A stretch of 64,000 nucleotides of DNA from Candidatus Sigynarchaeum calidifontis (GCA_030587475.2 JAUQYZ020000102.1:26012-90011), one strand, 5' to 3'; shown: positions 46,843 to 57,124, counted from the first letter of the stretch. Made by a program: numbers and translations. The notes: generated by a model not told the origin, from the letters alone.

Positions 46843-48108
46843 ATGAGCGCGGATGACAAGTTACAGCTCGTGACCGAGGGAAAGGCTCGGTTTCGCGTGT
46901 TTCTCTTGCCAGGAAAAGCCGATATGGAATCGGGCGATGACGAAAGGGAGCGTCAACCCTGGGAGCAGCGGGGCGTCCCGACCCGGTCCATGCCGGTCTT
47001 TTACAATCCCGCCATGGTCGTGAACCGCAACATCTCTGTGTTGGCCGTTAACGCGTGGCGCGGCAAGCCCAGGGGACCAATGAACATCTGCGACGCCATG
47101 TGCGGTGCCGGGATCCGCGGTATCCGGTACTTGCTTGAATCTGGCATCGAGGGAGCACACGTTGACTTCGTCGATCTCAACCCGGCAGCCATACGGTCTT
47201 GCCGGGAGAACATCGCGCTGAACCAAATTCTTCCGACTGCCCACGACACGCATGTACAGGACACGAATGCTTTCTTGTTCGGCCGGGCGGTCCGCGAGGA
47301 GGACCGGTTCGCCATCATAGACCTCGACCCGTTCGGCAACCCCATGCCCTACATCGACGGGGCGCTGAAGGCCCTGCAGCGCGTCGGGGGATTGCTACAC
47401 GTGAACGCCACTGACCTCGCCGTCATCACGGGCGTGCACCGCATGAGTACGCTGCGCAAGTACCAGGCCACGCCCATGAGGGACGTGCCGCACCACGCGG
47501 AGATATCGGCCCGCATCGTGATCGGGGCCATTTTCAAGAAAGCCATCGAGCAAGATCTCTCGATCAAGCCGCTATTCACGATCGCCCGGCATCATTTCGT
47601 AAAAGTCATCCTGGAGCGCGTGTCGAGCATCGAGCAAGCGAACGATGACCTCCAGCACGCTTTCGGCTATCTCATGCAATGCCGGGCATGCAAGGATCAC
47701 TTTGCTATCCCGCTAGATGGCTTGCGCGCCGCGAGGGAATGCCCCGCGTGCAAGTCCCCGCGCGTTGACCACGCCGGCCCGCTTTGGACCGGGGAACTTG
47801 AAGATGCCGAGTTCTGCACGACCTTGTTGAACAATTTTAAGGCCTTCCGGTACATGAAGGGCAAGCAAGAAACTGCCAAGCTGCTCGGCCTCGCCGCGGA
47901 TGCATCGGGATTCCCGCCGGGATCCCATGATGCCCACGAGGTCGCCGAATCCTTGAACATGAGCCCGCCGCCATTGGACACCATTATCGATGCATTGCGT
48001 CGAGCCGGTTTCAAGGCGGCAAGGGACGTGATCAACCCGACCGCCATAAAGACAACCGCGAAGCGTGTGGACGTAGCGGTAGCCATTCGCGAGCACCAGC
48101 ACGCATGA
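46843..48108 (+). CDS. trm1: tRNA (guanine26-N2)-dimethyltransferase
   Basis: 'VFYNPAM..NR', 'GIRGIRY', 'IDLDPFG', 'ATD', Zn-binding CxxC pairs, 'GPLWTG'. Confidence 0.95.
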   Translation: MSADDKLQLVTEGKARFRVFLLPGKADMESGDDERERQPWEQRGVPTRSMPVFYNPAMVVNRNISVLAVNAWRGKPRGPMNICDAMCGAGIRGIRYLLESGIEGAHVDFVDLNPAAIRSCRENIALNQILPTAHDTHVQDTNAFLFGRAVREEDRFAIIDLDPFGNPMPYIDGALKALQRVGGLLHVNATDLAVITGVHRMSTLRKYQATPMRDVPHHAEISARIVIGAIFKKAIEQDLSIKPLFTIARHHFVKVILERVSSIEQANDDLQHAFGYLMQCRACKDHFAIPLDGLRAARECPACKSPRVDHAGPLWTGELEDAEFCTTLLNNFKAFRYMKGKQETAKLLGLAADASGFPPGSHDAHEVAESLNMSPPPLDTIIDALRRAGFKAARDVINPTAIKTTAKRVDVAVAIREHQHA

Positions 48109-48230
48109 TGCACGCGGCCGGGCTGCCGGGTCGCTCCCTCTTTCCGGGTGCAAGACAGATTAACACGCGTTGCGTTGTTTCACGTGGATGTCCGAGCGAC
48201 GACACTATCGACTGGCGAGGGTATAACGGC

Positions 48231-49040
48231 ATGGACGCGGCACTCTGGTCGACGCTAGCGGTACCGGGAAAGATCACGAACATCTGGGGAAAGAGCGGTG
48301 CCGGAAAGACCAGCCTTGCGCTTGACATGTCGTTGTCCGAGATCCGGGACGAGAACGGGAAGGTGCTTTACATCACGGACGACGTGGAATCCGTGGCTGC
48401 TCTGCTCGCCGTGCTCTTCCCGCAAGAAGGGGCCAGAAGCGGGCTAGCCACGCGGGTGGCAGATGGATTCATCCTCATCCAGAGCCCCACGTTCAAGAGC
48501 CTGGGACAAATAATCCAGCAGATCCAATTTGCTTTCTTGCCGGACGATGTTGTCCGCGAATCGGCCGAGTTCAAGAGCTTTGTGGCGGCTGGAGAAAATG
48601 ATATAAACGAGAAAGTAATAGAATCCCTCAAGGCATACAAACCGCCGTCCATGGTCATCATCGACGAGGTGACTCGCCAGTTCAGGCGCCAGTCGATCGA
48701 GGCCGAGGACGCGGGGCCGTTGATCCTCCAGCTCGTCATGCAGCTCGGGTTCTTGAAAAATCTAGCGGTCGAAAAAAGGATCAAGGTCGTCCTCACGAGT
48801 GCCAACCGGACGATCACGACATCGGTCGGTAGTACCGACGAGACGAGGTTCATCGATGTCCCCGTCGCCAACGATGTCCTGGATCATTACGTGGACATCG
48901 ACGTGCAAATGCAGTGGACCCCGCACGCGGGGAAAAGGTACATCATCATCACGTGCCCGAACGAGAATAACAAGCAATTGCAACACGTCATCACCATGGA
49001 AACGCTTCACGACCGGCTCGCAGGGGGATTTAAACCATAA
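48231..49040 (+). CDS. Divergent RecA/RadB-like ATPase
   Basis: 'GKITNIWGKSGAGKT', 'KVLYI', Walker B 'MVIIDE', 'VVLTS'; carries an insertion; start 48231 or 48105. Confidence 0.75.
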   Translation: MDAALWSTLAVPGKITNIWGKSGAGKTSLALDMSLSEIRDENGKVLYITDDVESVAALLAVLFPQEGARSGLATRVADGFILIQSPTFKSLGQIIQQIQFAFLPDDVVRESAEFKSFVAAGENDINEKVIESLKAYKPPSMVIIDEVTRQFRRQSIEAEDAGPLILQLVMQLGFLKNLAVEKRIKVVLTSANRTITTSVGSTDETRFIDVPVANDVLDHYVDIDVQMQWTPHAGKRYIIITCPNENNKQLQHVITMETLHDRLAGGFKP

Positions 49041-49948
49041 AACAATTCAAATCGCGCGTTATCGTCGCAACCGAAAATGCCAAGTTCTTCTATTTCATTT
49101 CAAAGGAACTAGCACGCGATAAATTTAGATTCAATCACGTCCGTCCAGCCGATTTAGACAGGCGGAAATGCCCCCGGGATGCGGTGATCATCACCACGAG
49201 TTCCGAGGTCGCCGCCTTGCCCGACGAGTTGCTCATTCTCTCCTATGACGAGGACCGATACCCGCTGAACGAGCCGAACGTCCAGGCATTCTACCACATG
49301 TTCCGCATCTTGATGGACACGGGCATCGATGAATGCAGCCAGATCGACATCGGCATCGACCCGGGTTTCAAGCACACGGGACTGGCACTGTTTCTCAACG
49401 GCACGTTTGTCGAGGCCACGATCATCCCGACGAGCGAAGCGAGGATCAAGGAATTTCTCGGGATGGCCATCAACACGGGCCTGCACAACTGCAAGGAGGA
49501 CACGATACCGTCCATTCGCGTGAAGGTCGGGAACGGAAGTCCCGTCGAGATGCACAAGGTCATCGGGCTATTGTCTCGGTTGAAACAAAGCTATCCCATC
49601 GAGATACTGATCGTCAACGAATCCCATTCCAACACGGATTTCATCATTAACGAGAGCAATTTCATCAAGATTGGCGATCACGCCCGTGCTGCCATCAACA
49701 TCGCCTTGCGGGATGGTACGGGCCTCGAGCAAGCCAGGTTGAATGGCGAGTACCCATCAATAGGGAGCAAGAGCATCACGAAAAAACAAGTCAAGAGCGT
49801 CCAGGCCGAGTCCCGCGTGGCCTCCGGCGGGGAGGGCATCACGATCGACCAAAAACTTGCGACGAAGGTACTGCTCGGCAAGATGAGCCTGCAAGAGGCC
49901 ATCGCCCTCTACAAGCAAGGCGGGAAGGACCGTATCATTTCGCCTTGA
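49037..49948 (+). CDS. Archaeal protein with an RNase H-like (YqgF/RuvC-type) domain; probable ATA start
   Basis: 'IGIDPGFKHTGLALF', 'KVGNG', 'IVNES', 'DHARAAINIA'; frame open upstream from GTG 49184 to a stop at 49031. Confidence 0.7.
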   Translation: MKQFKSRVIVATENAKFFYFISKELARDKFRFNHVRPADLDRRKCPRDAVIITTSSEVAALPDELLILSYDEDRYPLNEPNVQAFYHMFRILMDTGIDECSQIDIGIDPGFKHTGLALFLNGTFVEATIIPTSEARIKEFLGMAINTGLHNCKEDTIPSIRVKVGNGSPVEMHKVIGLLSRLKQSYPIEILIVNESHSNTDFIINESNFIKIGDHARAAINIALRDGTGLEQARLNGEYPSIGSKSITKKQVKSVQAESRVASGGEGITIDQKLATKVLLGKMSLQEAIALYKQGGKDRIISP

Positions 49949-50894
49949 GGGAATCAATGTATCTCTTGATCCCCTCCTTGAACTCGACCCGTGGCTTCCA
50001 ACCAAGCTTCTCCAGCTTCGTGACATCGAGCATCGTCTTGACCACGTCCCCGGTCCAGCCGCGAGCCCCGCCCGTGTGCTCGAACTTGACGCCCTTCAAT
50101 CCAAGGATATCGACCATCACCTTCGCGAGATCGTCGACTACCTCGCACGTTCTCGTCCCGAGGTTAAAGGCCTCGAACGTGCCACCATCTTGCTTTTCAA
50201 GCCAGTCGCCCACCAGCGTGCAGGCATCGACGCAGTCGCTCACGTATAGGTAACTCTTCGCCTGCTTCCCGTCGCCAAGGATCTGCAGGCGCGTGGGATC
50301 CTTCTTGAGCTTCTGGTAAAAGTCGTACATGACGCCGTGGTTCGTGCCGGGGCCGTAGATGTTCGCGAACCGCAGCGACGCGAACTTGAGCCCATAGGAA
50401 CCGGCATACGCCGACATGTACATCTCGGCCGCCGCCTTCGAAGCGCCGTACGGGGAAATGGGCTTGAGCGGGACTGTTTCCGGCGTGGGAAACACGTCGG
50501 TGTCGCCGTAAAGGGTGCCGCCGGACGATGCAAAGACCATGGCAGGAACGTGCATCGTTCGCATGATCTCGAGGAGGTTGAGCGTCCCCGTCACGTTCTG
50601 GTCGAAACTCTCCACGGGCTGCTCCACCGATTCCTTGACGCGCGGGTCGGCGGCGAAATGGTAGATGATGGACACCTCCTTCCCGGAGAATATTTTTTCC
50701 AATGCATCCTTGTCGCGGATGTCGACCTCGTGGAAAATGACCTTCCCGCCGTCGATCAAGTCTTTTATGCCATCGATGAAACCGGACGATAAATTGTCGA
50801 TGACGACGACGTTCATGCCACGGGCGGCGAGCGCGCGGACGAGGTGCGTGCCGATGAACCCGGCCCCGCCAGTGACCACCGGAATTCGAGCCAT
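49935..50894 (-). CDS. NAD-dependent nucleotide-sugar epimerase (GalE-like extended SDR)
   Basis: 'TGGAGFIG', 'FASS', 'YGASK', 'RFANIYGP', 'GWTGD'. Confidence 0.93.
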   Translation of the reverse strand: MARIPVVTGGAGFIGTHLVRALAARGMNVVVIDNLSSGFIDGIKDLIDGGKVIFHEVDIRDKDALEKIFSGKEVSIIYHFAADPRVKESVEQPVESFDQNVTGTLNLLEIMRTMHVPAMVFASSGGTLYGDTDVFPTPETVPLKPISPYGASKAAAEMYMSAYAGSYGLKFASLRFANIYGPGTNHGVMYDFYQKLKKDPTRLQILGDGKQAKSYLYVSDCVDACTLVGDWLEKQDGGTFEAFNLGTRTCEVVDDLAKVMVDILGLKGVKFEHTGGARGWTGDVVKTMLDVTKLEKLGWKPRVEFKEGIKRYIDSLKAK

Positions 50895-50934
50895 AGATCA
50901 AAAAAGGGACATGGTTGCAAAAAAAGGTTCGCTT

Positions 50935-52419
50935 TCACGGCGTGCCGCCCGCGGGCTTCTGTTCCCTTGCCGCCTTCTTTTCATCATCGCTGATGACCGC
51001 CTCTTGTTCCTCGATCTCGCGCAGCTCGCTGAGGCGCTTCAGTATCGCGGATTGTTCCTCGCGCTGTGCCTGGAATTTCGTGAGCTTGTATTGCTTGTAG
51101 GTGCGGATGGCGAACGATACCACGGGGAAAAGCATGGCGAGGGGAACGAGGGCGGTGACCACCGCCTCGGGCGCATAGAACTCGTAAGATTCCACGATGA
51201 CGGGTGGCACGTTGAAGACCAAGAAAAGCAGCTGGGGATTGGTGACCAGGAACACGAGGGCGAGCAGGGCGAGCAATCGGACTCCCATGTTCACGAGCAT
51301 CGTCGATGCCATGTTCTTCTGGCTTGGCGCGGAGCCAACGGCAGTCAAGGTCTCCCGTGCCCGCTGGTCGACCTCGAAGAGCCTGGTGATGTACCCGTGC
51401 AGGCGGCGCGTGTCGCTCGATGCTTCCTCGAAGCGATTGCGTTCCCGCTCGCGCTCCCGGCGCTCGACCATTTCGCGGATGGCACCCAGGCCAGCACCCG
51501 TGAAAAATGACCGCAGCGTGATTCGTTTCCGCTCCTCTTCTTCTTGCGTGGCGGGGGTGGCGCCCTTCTGTTCCCGTTCCCGCTTCTCGATCTCGATCTG
51601 GAGCGACCGCTCGCCGAGCACGGCCATCTGTGCCTGGAGCATGCGGGCACGACGGAGGGATGGCTGGCTCAACTTGGAGACGTAGGCCGATTGGAAGCTG
51701 AGCTCGAGGCAAGCGTAGATGAAAAACGCTGCCCAGAGCGATCCTGGCGTGGCCGTGCTCGCCACGACGTTCGGATTCAGTATCACGACAGCGGGCAGGT
51801 ACGTATCGAAGAACGGGGCGTATTGTGCATGGGCCATTCCAAACAAGTCGAGAATTTTCGTTATCAAGAAGGGAAAGCCAGCAAGGATAAGCAACGTGGC
51901 GAGGCAAGTAACCGTGTCGAGCGAATACTTGATGTCGGATCGAGCCGTGAACAATGCCATGTAAACGAAGGCCAGGATCACGAGGAGGATGAAAAGGAGG
52001 AGATAAAAGTTGGTCAAGATGGCCAGGCCCTGGTCCGCGTAGAGCGTGTAGATCGGGGGGCTGCCGGCAACGTCCCAGAGGTCGTTGAAAGAGTAATAGA
52101 AGACCGCGTTGCCGTTGATGTCGGTCAGCTTGAACATCGCGTTCAAGAACGGGAAGAGCAAGGCTTCGGACAGCTCCAGGTTGTTCGCGAGGCCGATATT
52201 CGAGCGAGAAATGCCGAAGGCCGGCCCGTAACCACCCGCGCCCATGAACGTGTAGAAAGCGTAGGATAGCACGTTCTTGAGGGCGTTCAAGATGCGTGGC
52301 AACGAGTGATACGCCCCGTCCCACGTGGCCGGGCCAATCGATCCAACGACAAAGATTATCGCAACAAAAAAGGCACCAAAAGTCGCGACTTTCAAGATCC
52401 AATCCAGGGCTTTGCTCAT
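50935..52419 (-). CDS. Multi-pass membrane protein with cytoplasmic coiled coils (last gene of the MoxR operon)
   Basis: About 6-7 TM and E/R-rich coils ('ERRERERERNR'); 15 bp after the DUF58 gene. Confidence 0.7.
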   Translation of the reverse strand: MSKALDWILKVATFGAFFVAIIFVVGSIGPATWDGAYHSLPRILNALKNVLSYAFYTFMGAGGYGPAFGISRSNIGLANNLELSEALLFPFLNAMFKLTDINGNAVFYYSFNDLWDVAGSPPIYTLYADQGLAILTNFYLLLFILLVILAFVYMALFTARSDIKYSLDTVTCLATLLILAGFPFLITKILDLFGMAHAQYAPFFDTYLPAVVILNPNVVASTATPGSLWAAFFIYACLELSFQSAYVSKLSQPSLRRARMLQAQMAVLGERSLQIEIEKREREQKGATPATQEEEERKRITLRSFFTGAGLGAIREMVERRERERERNRFEEASSDTRRLHGYITRLFEVDQRARETLTAVGSAPSQKNMASTMLVNMGVRLLALLALVFLVTNPQLLFLVFNVPPVIVESYEFYAPEAVVTALVPLAMLFPVVSFAIRTYKQYKLTKFQAQREEQSAILKRLSELREIEEQEAVISDDEKKAAREQKPAGGTP

Positions 52420-52434
52420 GTGCTGCTGCCTCCG

Positions 52435-53787
52435 TTACAACAGTGCTTTTCCTCTTGCCTTGGCGTGAAGGTATTCCTCGATCGTCCGCTCGATGATGTC
52501 GTCGGGGCCCACGGGTATGATCGGAATGCCCATCGGCTGGGCATTCTGCTTTACCTCGAGGACATGCTGCATCATCTCCTCGGATATCGCCTCGGCAATG
52601 GCGCGCTCCGCGGGTTTCAAGTCCCGCCCGAAAATCTCGAACCAGGGGGAGAAGGGCGAGATCACGACGATCTCGTGGCTACGAGCCCGGACCTTCGTGA
52701 ACATGACCTTGAGCTCCTCGATCGGGGCCTCCAGGTCCGAGATGAGAATGATGAGATGGCGCTTCTTGAGGCGTCGCACGAGCTGGTCCATCCACAACCC
52801 CAGTGACTTGGGCCCGATCGCCCGCGTCGTGGCGATGAAATCGAGCAGCCGGAAGAGCACCTGGTCGCCGGCCTCCGATTCGAGCAAGCGCACCCCGCGC
52901 GTGACGTCTTCCTTCTTTTTCGGGTTGTTCTGGAACACGGCGCCGCCGAACGTGTCCTTGTGCTCGAGCGCCACCTTGCACAACACCACCGCGGCCCGGA
53001 TGGCGAACTCGATCTTGCTGTTGATGAACGAGCCGGCACCCATGGTCGAGCTTGCATCCAAGGCAACGAGAACGTTGATGTTCTTTTCTTGCTCGAACTC
53101 CCGCACCATGATGCGGGACGTGCGTGCCGTGGCTCTCCAGTTGATTTTCCGGAACTCGTCGCCGAACTGGTACTCGCGGATGCCGTGGAACTCGGATCCC
53201 GTCCCGACCTGGACGGAGCGGTGGGAGCCGAACATCTTGCCGATCGCCCGGCCGCGCAGGGCGTCCATCTTGCGCAGGTCGCCATATGGCGGGTAGACGA
53301 TGATGGGCGTGTAGGAGTCGGGAATTTCCCGGCGCTCGTTGTTGAACTCGAGGCGGTCCTTTACGGTTAGCTCGATCGGCCCGAGAAAAAACTCGCCGCG
53401 GATGCGGGGCTTCAGCACGTAGGAGAACATGATGGATTTGCGCGGTTCGATGCGGGTCGATATGGAGGCCTCGCCGATGACGCAGTTGAAGTATTCCGCC
53501 GGGTAAACGTCGTTGATGTCCACGTAGTCCAGGCGCTTGTTCCCCGTGTTCCGGATCTCGACCGTGACGTGGATGAAATCATCTTGAAAGACCTTGGCCT
53601 TCTCGAGATGGCGGGTTACCTTGAGCGCGTCGATGTTGATCCCCAGGTCGAAGAAAGGCAGGGAAATGAGCGAGCTCAGTATGATGAAGCACGCCACGGC
53701 GATGAGGAAATAGTTCACCAAGACGAAACCGAAGGTGAGCAAGAACACGCCGATGACCATCAAGTTTTTCCCGCGCCCGGCAAGCAT
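52435..53787 (-). CDS. DUF58 (vWA-like) protein with N-terminal TM pair and Ig-like domain
   Basis: 'GSEFHGIREYQFGDEFRKINWRATAR', 'VREFEQE', 'LDASSTM', 'LISDL'. Confidence 0.93.
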   Translation of the reverse strand: MLAGRGKNLMVIGVFLLTFGFVLVNYFLIAVACFIILSSLISLPFFDLGINIDALKVTRHLEKAKVFQDDFIHVTVEIRNTGNKRLDYVDINDVYPAEYFNCVIGEASISTRIEPRKSIMFSYVLKPRIRGEFFLGPIELTVKDRLEFNNERREIPDSYTPIIVYPPYGDLRKMDALRGRAIGKMFGSHRSVQVGTGSEFHGIREYQFGDEFRKINWRATARTSRIMVREFEQEKNINVLVALDASSTMGAGSFINSKIEFAIRAAVVLCKVALEHKDTFGGAVFQNNPKKKEDVTRGVRLLESEAGDQVLFRLLDFIATTRAIGPKSLGLWMDQLVRRLKKRHLIILISDLEAPIEELKVMFTKVRARSHEIVVISPFSPWFEIFGRDLKPAERAIAEAISEEMMQHVLEVKQNAQPMGIPIIPVGPDDIIERTIEEYLHAKARGKALL

Positions 53788-53844
53788 GCATGTCCGACCT
53801 TTTACTTTTGTTTTCTTGACCCGGCTTTTCGTGCTGTTCCTAAA

Positions 53845-54828
53845 TTAAATGGGAACGGGGACCTCCTCGAGAATGCGCTTGATCACCGCGTCCCGCTTGA
53901 CACCTTCCAGCTCGGCCTCGGGCTTGAGCGCGATGCGATGGTTCAGCGCGCAAAAGGCAACCTCCTTCACGTCATCGGGAATCACGTAATTCCGGCCGAG
54001 GATCGCCGCGCGTGCCTTGGACGCCTTCATGAGCACGAGGCTCGCCCGCGGGCCTGCACCGACCGCAATCTGCGCGTCGTCCCGCGTCTTCGTCGTGATG
54101 TCCCGGATGTATCGTAAAATCCGGTTGTCGATCCAGACGAGGTCCATCTTTTTTTGCATGTTAACAATCATTTCTTGCGAGAGGACGGGTGCCAAGTCTT
54201 GCCGGACCCCTTTTACCTGCCTGGCCATGATTTCTACCTCGTCATCGCTCATCGGGTAATCCATAATCACTTTGAAGTAAAACCGGTCAAGCTGGGCCTC
54301 GGGCAAAGGGTAAGTCCCCTCCTGCTCAATGGGATTTTGCGTTGCTATCACGCAGAACGGCGGGGGAAGCTTGTAGGTTTTCCCCTCGACCGTTACTTGA
54401 TGCTCGGCCATCGCTTCCAAGAGCGCTGATTGTGTCTTCGGCGCGGCGCGGTTGATCTCGTCCGCGAGCACGATATTGGCGAACAGTGGTCCCTCGCGGA
54501 ATACAAAACTCGCCGTCTTCTGATCGTAGACGGAGGACCCGGTGATGTCGCCGGGCAACAAGTCGGGCGTGAACTGGATGCGCTTGAACGAGCACCCGAG
54601 CACTTGCGCGAAGGCCTTCGCGGTCACCGTCTTGGCCAGGCCGGGCATCCCCTCCAGCAGCACGTGCGCGTCGCACAGCACGGCGATGAAGATCTTCTGG
54701 AGCACGTCCTGGTAGCCGACGACCACCTTGGAGACCTCGGTAAGGGCTTGCTGGACCTTCACGCGCACCTCGCTCATGTCAGCCACTTCCATGGGTATGA
54801 TACGTTGCTTTGGTATCGATTCGCTCAT
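53845..54828 (-). CDS. moxR: MoxR family AAA+ ATPase
   Basis: 'HVLLEGMPGLAKT', 'RIQFTPDLLP', 'ADEINRA', 'ATQNPIEQEGTYPLPEAQLDRF'. Confidence 0.96.
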   Translation of the reverse strand: MSESIPKQRIIPMEVADMSEVRVKVQQALTEVSKVVVGYQDVLQKIFIAVLCDAHVLLEGMPGLAKTVTAKAFAQVLGCSFKRIQFTPDLLPGDITGSSVYDQKTASFVFREGPLFANIVLADEINRAAPKTQSALLEAMAEHQVTVEGKTYKLPPPFCVIATQNPIEQEGTYPLPEAQLDRFYFKVIMDYPMSDDEVEIMARQVKGVRQDLAPVLSQEMIVNMQKKMDLVWIDNRILRYIRDITTKTRDDAQIAVGAGPRASLVLMKASKARAAILGRNYVIPDDVKEVAFCALNHRIALKPEAELEGVKRDAVIKRILEEVPVPI

Positions 54829-54925
54829 GTCTTTCCCTTTTTTTCGTTTCTCGTTTGTAATGGTCCTTTCATTTCGCTTGATCGTTTTTTTCGTTCGGGT
54901 TCAAGGGTGGACGGGCACCGTGCGC

Positions 54926-57124
54926 TCAAAGCTTTTCGAGGTACTCGGCCACCGTGATGATCTCGTAGTACAGCTTTTCGAGGTTCTCGGCCCGCGTGAT
55001 CCGCACGCGGCCGCTTCCCTTCTTGGCGGTAACGCGGCGCATCAGCCGGAAGAACGATTCCAGCCGCCGCTGCTCGACCTGGGGGTTTTTCTCCATGATC
55101 GCCGATATGATCGTCCTTTCATCCGCTTGCTCGCCGAGCTTTTTGCCGGCGAGCCGCTTCACCCGGTTGAACAGCAATTCCAGCGCCTTGTTGAAATCGG
55201 GTTGTTCCAGGTACCATGCGAGCTTCTGGGCGAAGAACGTGCTCTTTTTCAAGATGCCTTGCATCTTGCGCTCGGCATGCCTCTCGGCCAGGGTCTTCGG
55301 GGCCTTTTCCCCCGGGGCCTTCTCGCCTGCCTTTTGCTTCTGCGTTTTCGCGGCGGCTCTCTCGAAGATGTACTTGCCCAGCCGCTGCCGCTGCCGTTTC
55401 TCGCGCTCTTCCAGCCGTTTCGCCTTGCGTTGCTCGCGTTTGCGTTTTTTCTCTTGCAGCTTGCGCTTCTTCTCCTCGTTTGGTAGCCAGCGGCGCAGCA
55501 GCCTCAACGCGATGAACGGGTAGAAGGGGGCAAGCAGCCAGTTGCTCGACAAGAAACCGATGAAATCGAGCATCGTGCCATACACGGCAGCCGGGCTCGT
55601 GTCTTGCATCGCGACGGGGCGAAGGTGCGCCTCGTCGAACACGACCTTCATGCTCGTGTTCCCCCTGGAAAGCCAGTTGATGCAATTGATCGCGAATTGT
55701 CTATTGTCGAAACCAGGCAGGTCGATCAACTGGTTGGAAAACATGGACGCGTCCGCGGTCACCACGACGCGTGATGAATTGGAGGTGCCGAGATCGGTGA
55801 CGCCAACGACGGGGATGGCCATCCCACCTTGTGGCAAGCCGGCGGGGAACGAAAACCCAAGCAGCTTGAGCGGCTCGAACAAGATCATCGGCACGCCGAG
55901 CTCATAGGGGTCGAAATAGTCGACGTCCCGCGCGTACCGCCCGTCGTCGTTCTTGTCGACCCACGAGTATGCATTCGTCGAGCTGGCCACGTCGTTCCAG
56001 TTGAATATGGCTTCCAACCCGCCCTCGAGCATCAAGCCAGATGCCCGGTTGAGCACGAGCCGCGAGACGCCCGCGGTGACCGCGTGCGGCGCGATGTTCG
56101 GCGTGTCGATCACGGGAAAGTCGTTCGTGTTGTAGTAGGACACGTTATCGCGCAATATGCCATCCATGAAGAACGTGAGGGGAAATGGTTTCGGGGCACC
56201 AGCTATCGCGGAAGCGAGGAACATGTTCAAGAACAGCATCTCGGTCGTCCCTTGCTCGTGCGCGATGAGCAAGGAACCGCCGGACCGGACGAACTTGAGC
56301 AAGAACGGGATGTCGGACACGAGGTTGTAGAACTTGTTTGGCCCCATGATGACCAGCACGAATGGCTCGTCGATGCGCGAGAGCAGCGAGTACGAGCCGA
56401 TGCTCGACATCGTGTCGTACCCGGCACTCTCGATGGCTTTTCGAAATTCCGACGTCCCGGCATCCCCGTAATTCCACGCGGAGTATTCCTTGTGCACGGA
56501 ATCGTCGATACTAAAGAGCGGGATGATCAGCGGCGTCCAAGCAATGAGGAAGATGAGTAAAAAGAGCGGCTTCTTGAACGCGTCGAGGAACTTCTCCATC
56601 TGCTCGCCGGGTGTCAGCCTCGCGCCCGGCGGGATCTTGAGAAAGCGCCTTCCGAGATACCCGCCCAGGATCCCCATCGGGGCCGCGCACGCGATCGCGA
56701 CGAACACGGGAAGGTACCACAAGATCCCGTCGACCACCTGGTTTGATGTCACCTCGGGATAGATCATGGGGTCAAAGCCGAAGGAACGACAGAGCGAATC
56801 GATCAACGAGACGAGCAGCAAGCACGGACCCGTGAACGTGGCCATCGCAAAGCCAGGCAGCGCGCCCTTCGAGACGTGCCGCGTCATGAGCCCGCCCACG
56901 AGGCCGGCGACCAACGCGGACGGGACGAGCTCCGGCAGCAGCGAAATGAAGCCATACCCGTTCCAGTCGATGTTGCGGTAGTTCCAACTGGCGAACAACG
57001 CCACCAGGCCGAAATACACGAGCACTTCGACCCAGAACGCCCATCGCACGGCGATGTAGGTCGGTTCCCTCGGTCGCTTCGGTTTCGATGACGGGATCGA
57101 CAAGGTGGTGGTAGTGGCGGCCAT
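54926..57124 (-). CDS. Membrane protein with an extracellular DUF4350/GldG-like (GATase-like) domain and a basic cytoplasmic tail
   Basis: About 5 N-terminal TM; 'YSAWNYGDAGTS', 'FVRSGGSLLIA', 'VVVTADASMFSN', 'NRQFAIN', 'VVFDEAH'; TM then K/R/E-rich coil. Confidence 0.8.
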   Translation of the reverse strand: MAATTTTLSIPSSKPKRPREPTYIAVRWAFWVEVLVYFGLVALFASWNYRNIDWNGYGFISLLPELVPSALVAGLVGGLMTRHVSKGALPGFAMATFTGPCLLLVSLIDSLCRSFGFDPMIYPEVTSNQVVDGILWYLPVFVAIACAAPMGILGGYLGRRFLKIPPGARLTPGEQMEKFLDAFKKPLFLLIFLIAWTPLIIPLFSIDDSVHKEYSAWNYGDAGTSEFRKAIESAGYDTMSSIGSYSLLSRIDEPFVLVIMGPNKFYNLVSDIPFLLKFVRSGGSLLIAHEQGTTEMLFLNMFLASAIAGAPKPFPLTFFMDGILRDNVSYYNTNDFPVIDTPNIAPHAVTAGVSRLVLNRASGLMLEGGLEAIFNWNDVASSTNAYSWVDKNDDGRYARDVDYFDPYELGVPMILFEPLKLLGFSFPAGLPQGGMAIPVVGVTDLGTSNSSRVVVTADASMFSNQLIDLPGFDNRQFAINCINWLSRGNTSMKVVFDEAHLRPVAMQDTSPAAVYGTMLDFIGFLSSNWLLAPFYPFIALRLLRRWLPNEEKKRKLQEKKRKREQRKAKRLEEREKRQRQRLGKYIFERAAAKTQKQKAGEKAPGEKAPKTLAERHAERKMQGILKKSTFFAQKLAWYLEQPDFNKALELLFNRVKRLAGKKLGEQADERTIISAIMEKNPQVEQRRLESFFRLMRRVTAKKGSGRVRITRAENLEKLYYEIITVAEYLEKL

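Noticed and set aside
49184-49948. 'IGIDPG' motif considered as TnpB/IscB/Cas12 or an IS110 transposase
   Set aside because: No Zn finger, HNH or wedge region, no terminal repeats or ncRNA space, and the gene is coupled to housekeeping genes.
50984-52402. 472-aa alternative-frame ORF (similar ones at 8346-9287, 21038-22144, 29249-30316, 58459-59553, 62116-63168)
   Set aside because: R/P/G-rich or antisense frames fully overlapping well-supported genes.
55299-55480. Short repeats and T/C-rich low complexity
   Set aside because: Explained by the GEKAP repeat and the K/R/E coiled coil of the DUF4350 protein.
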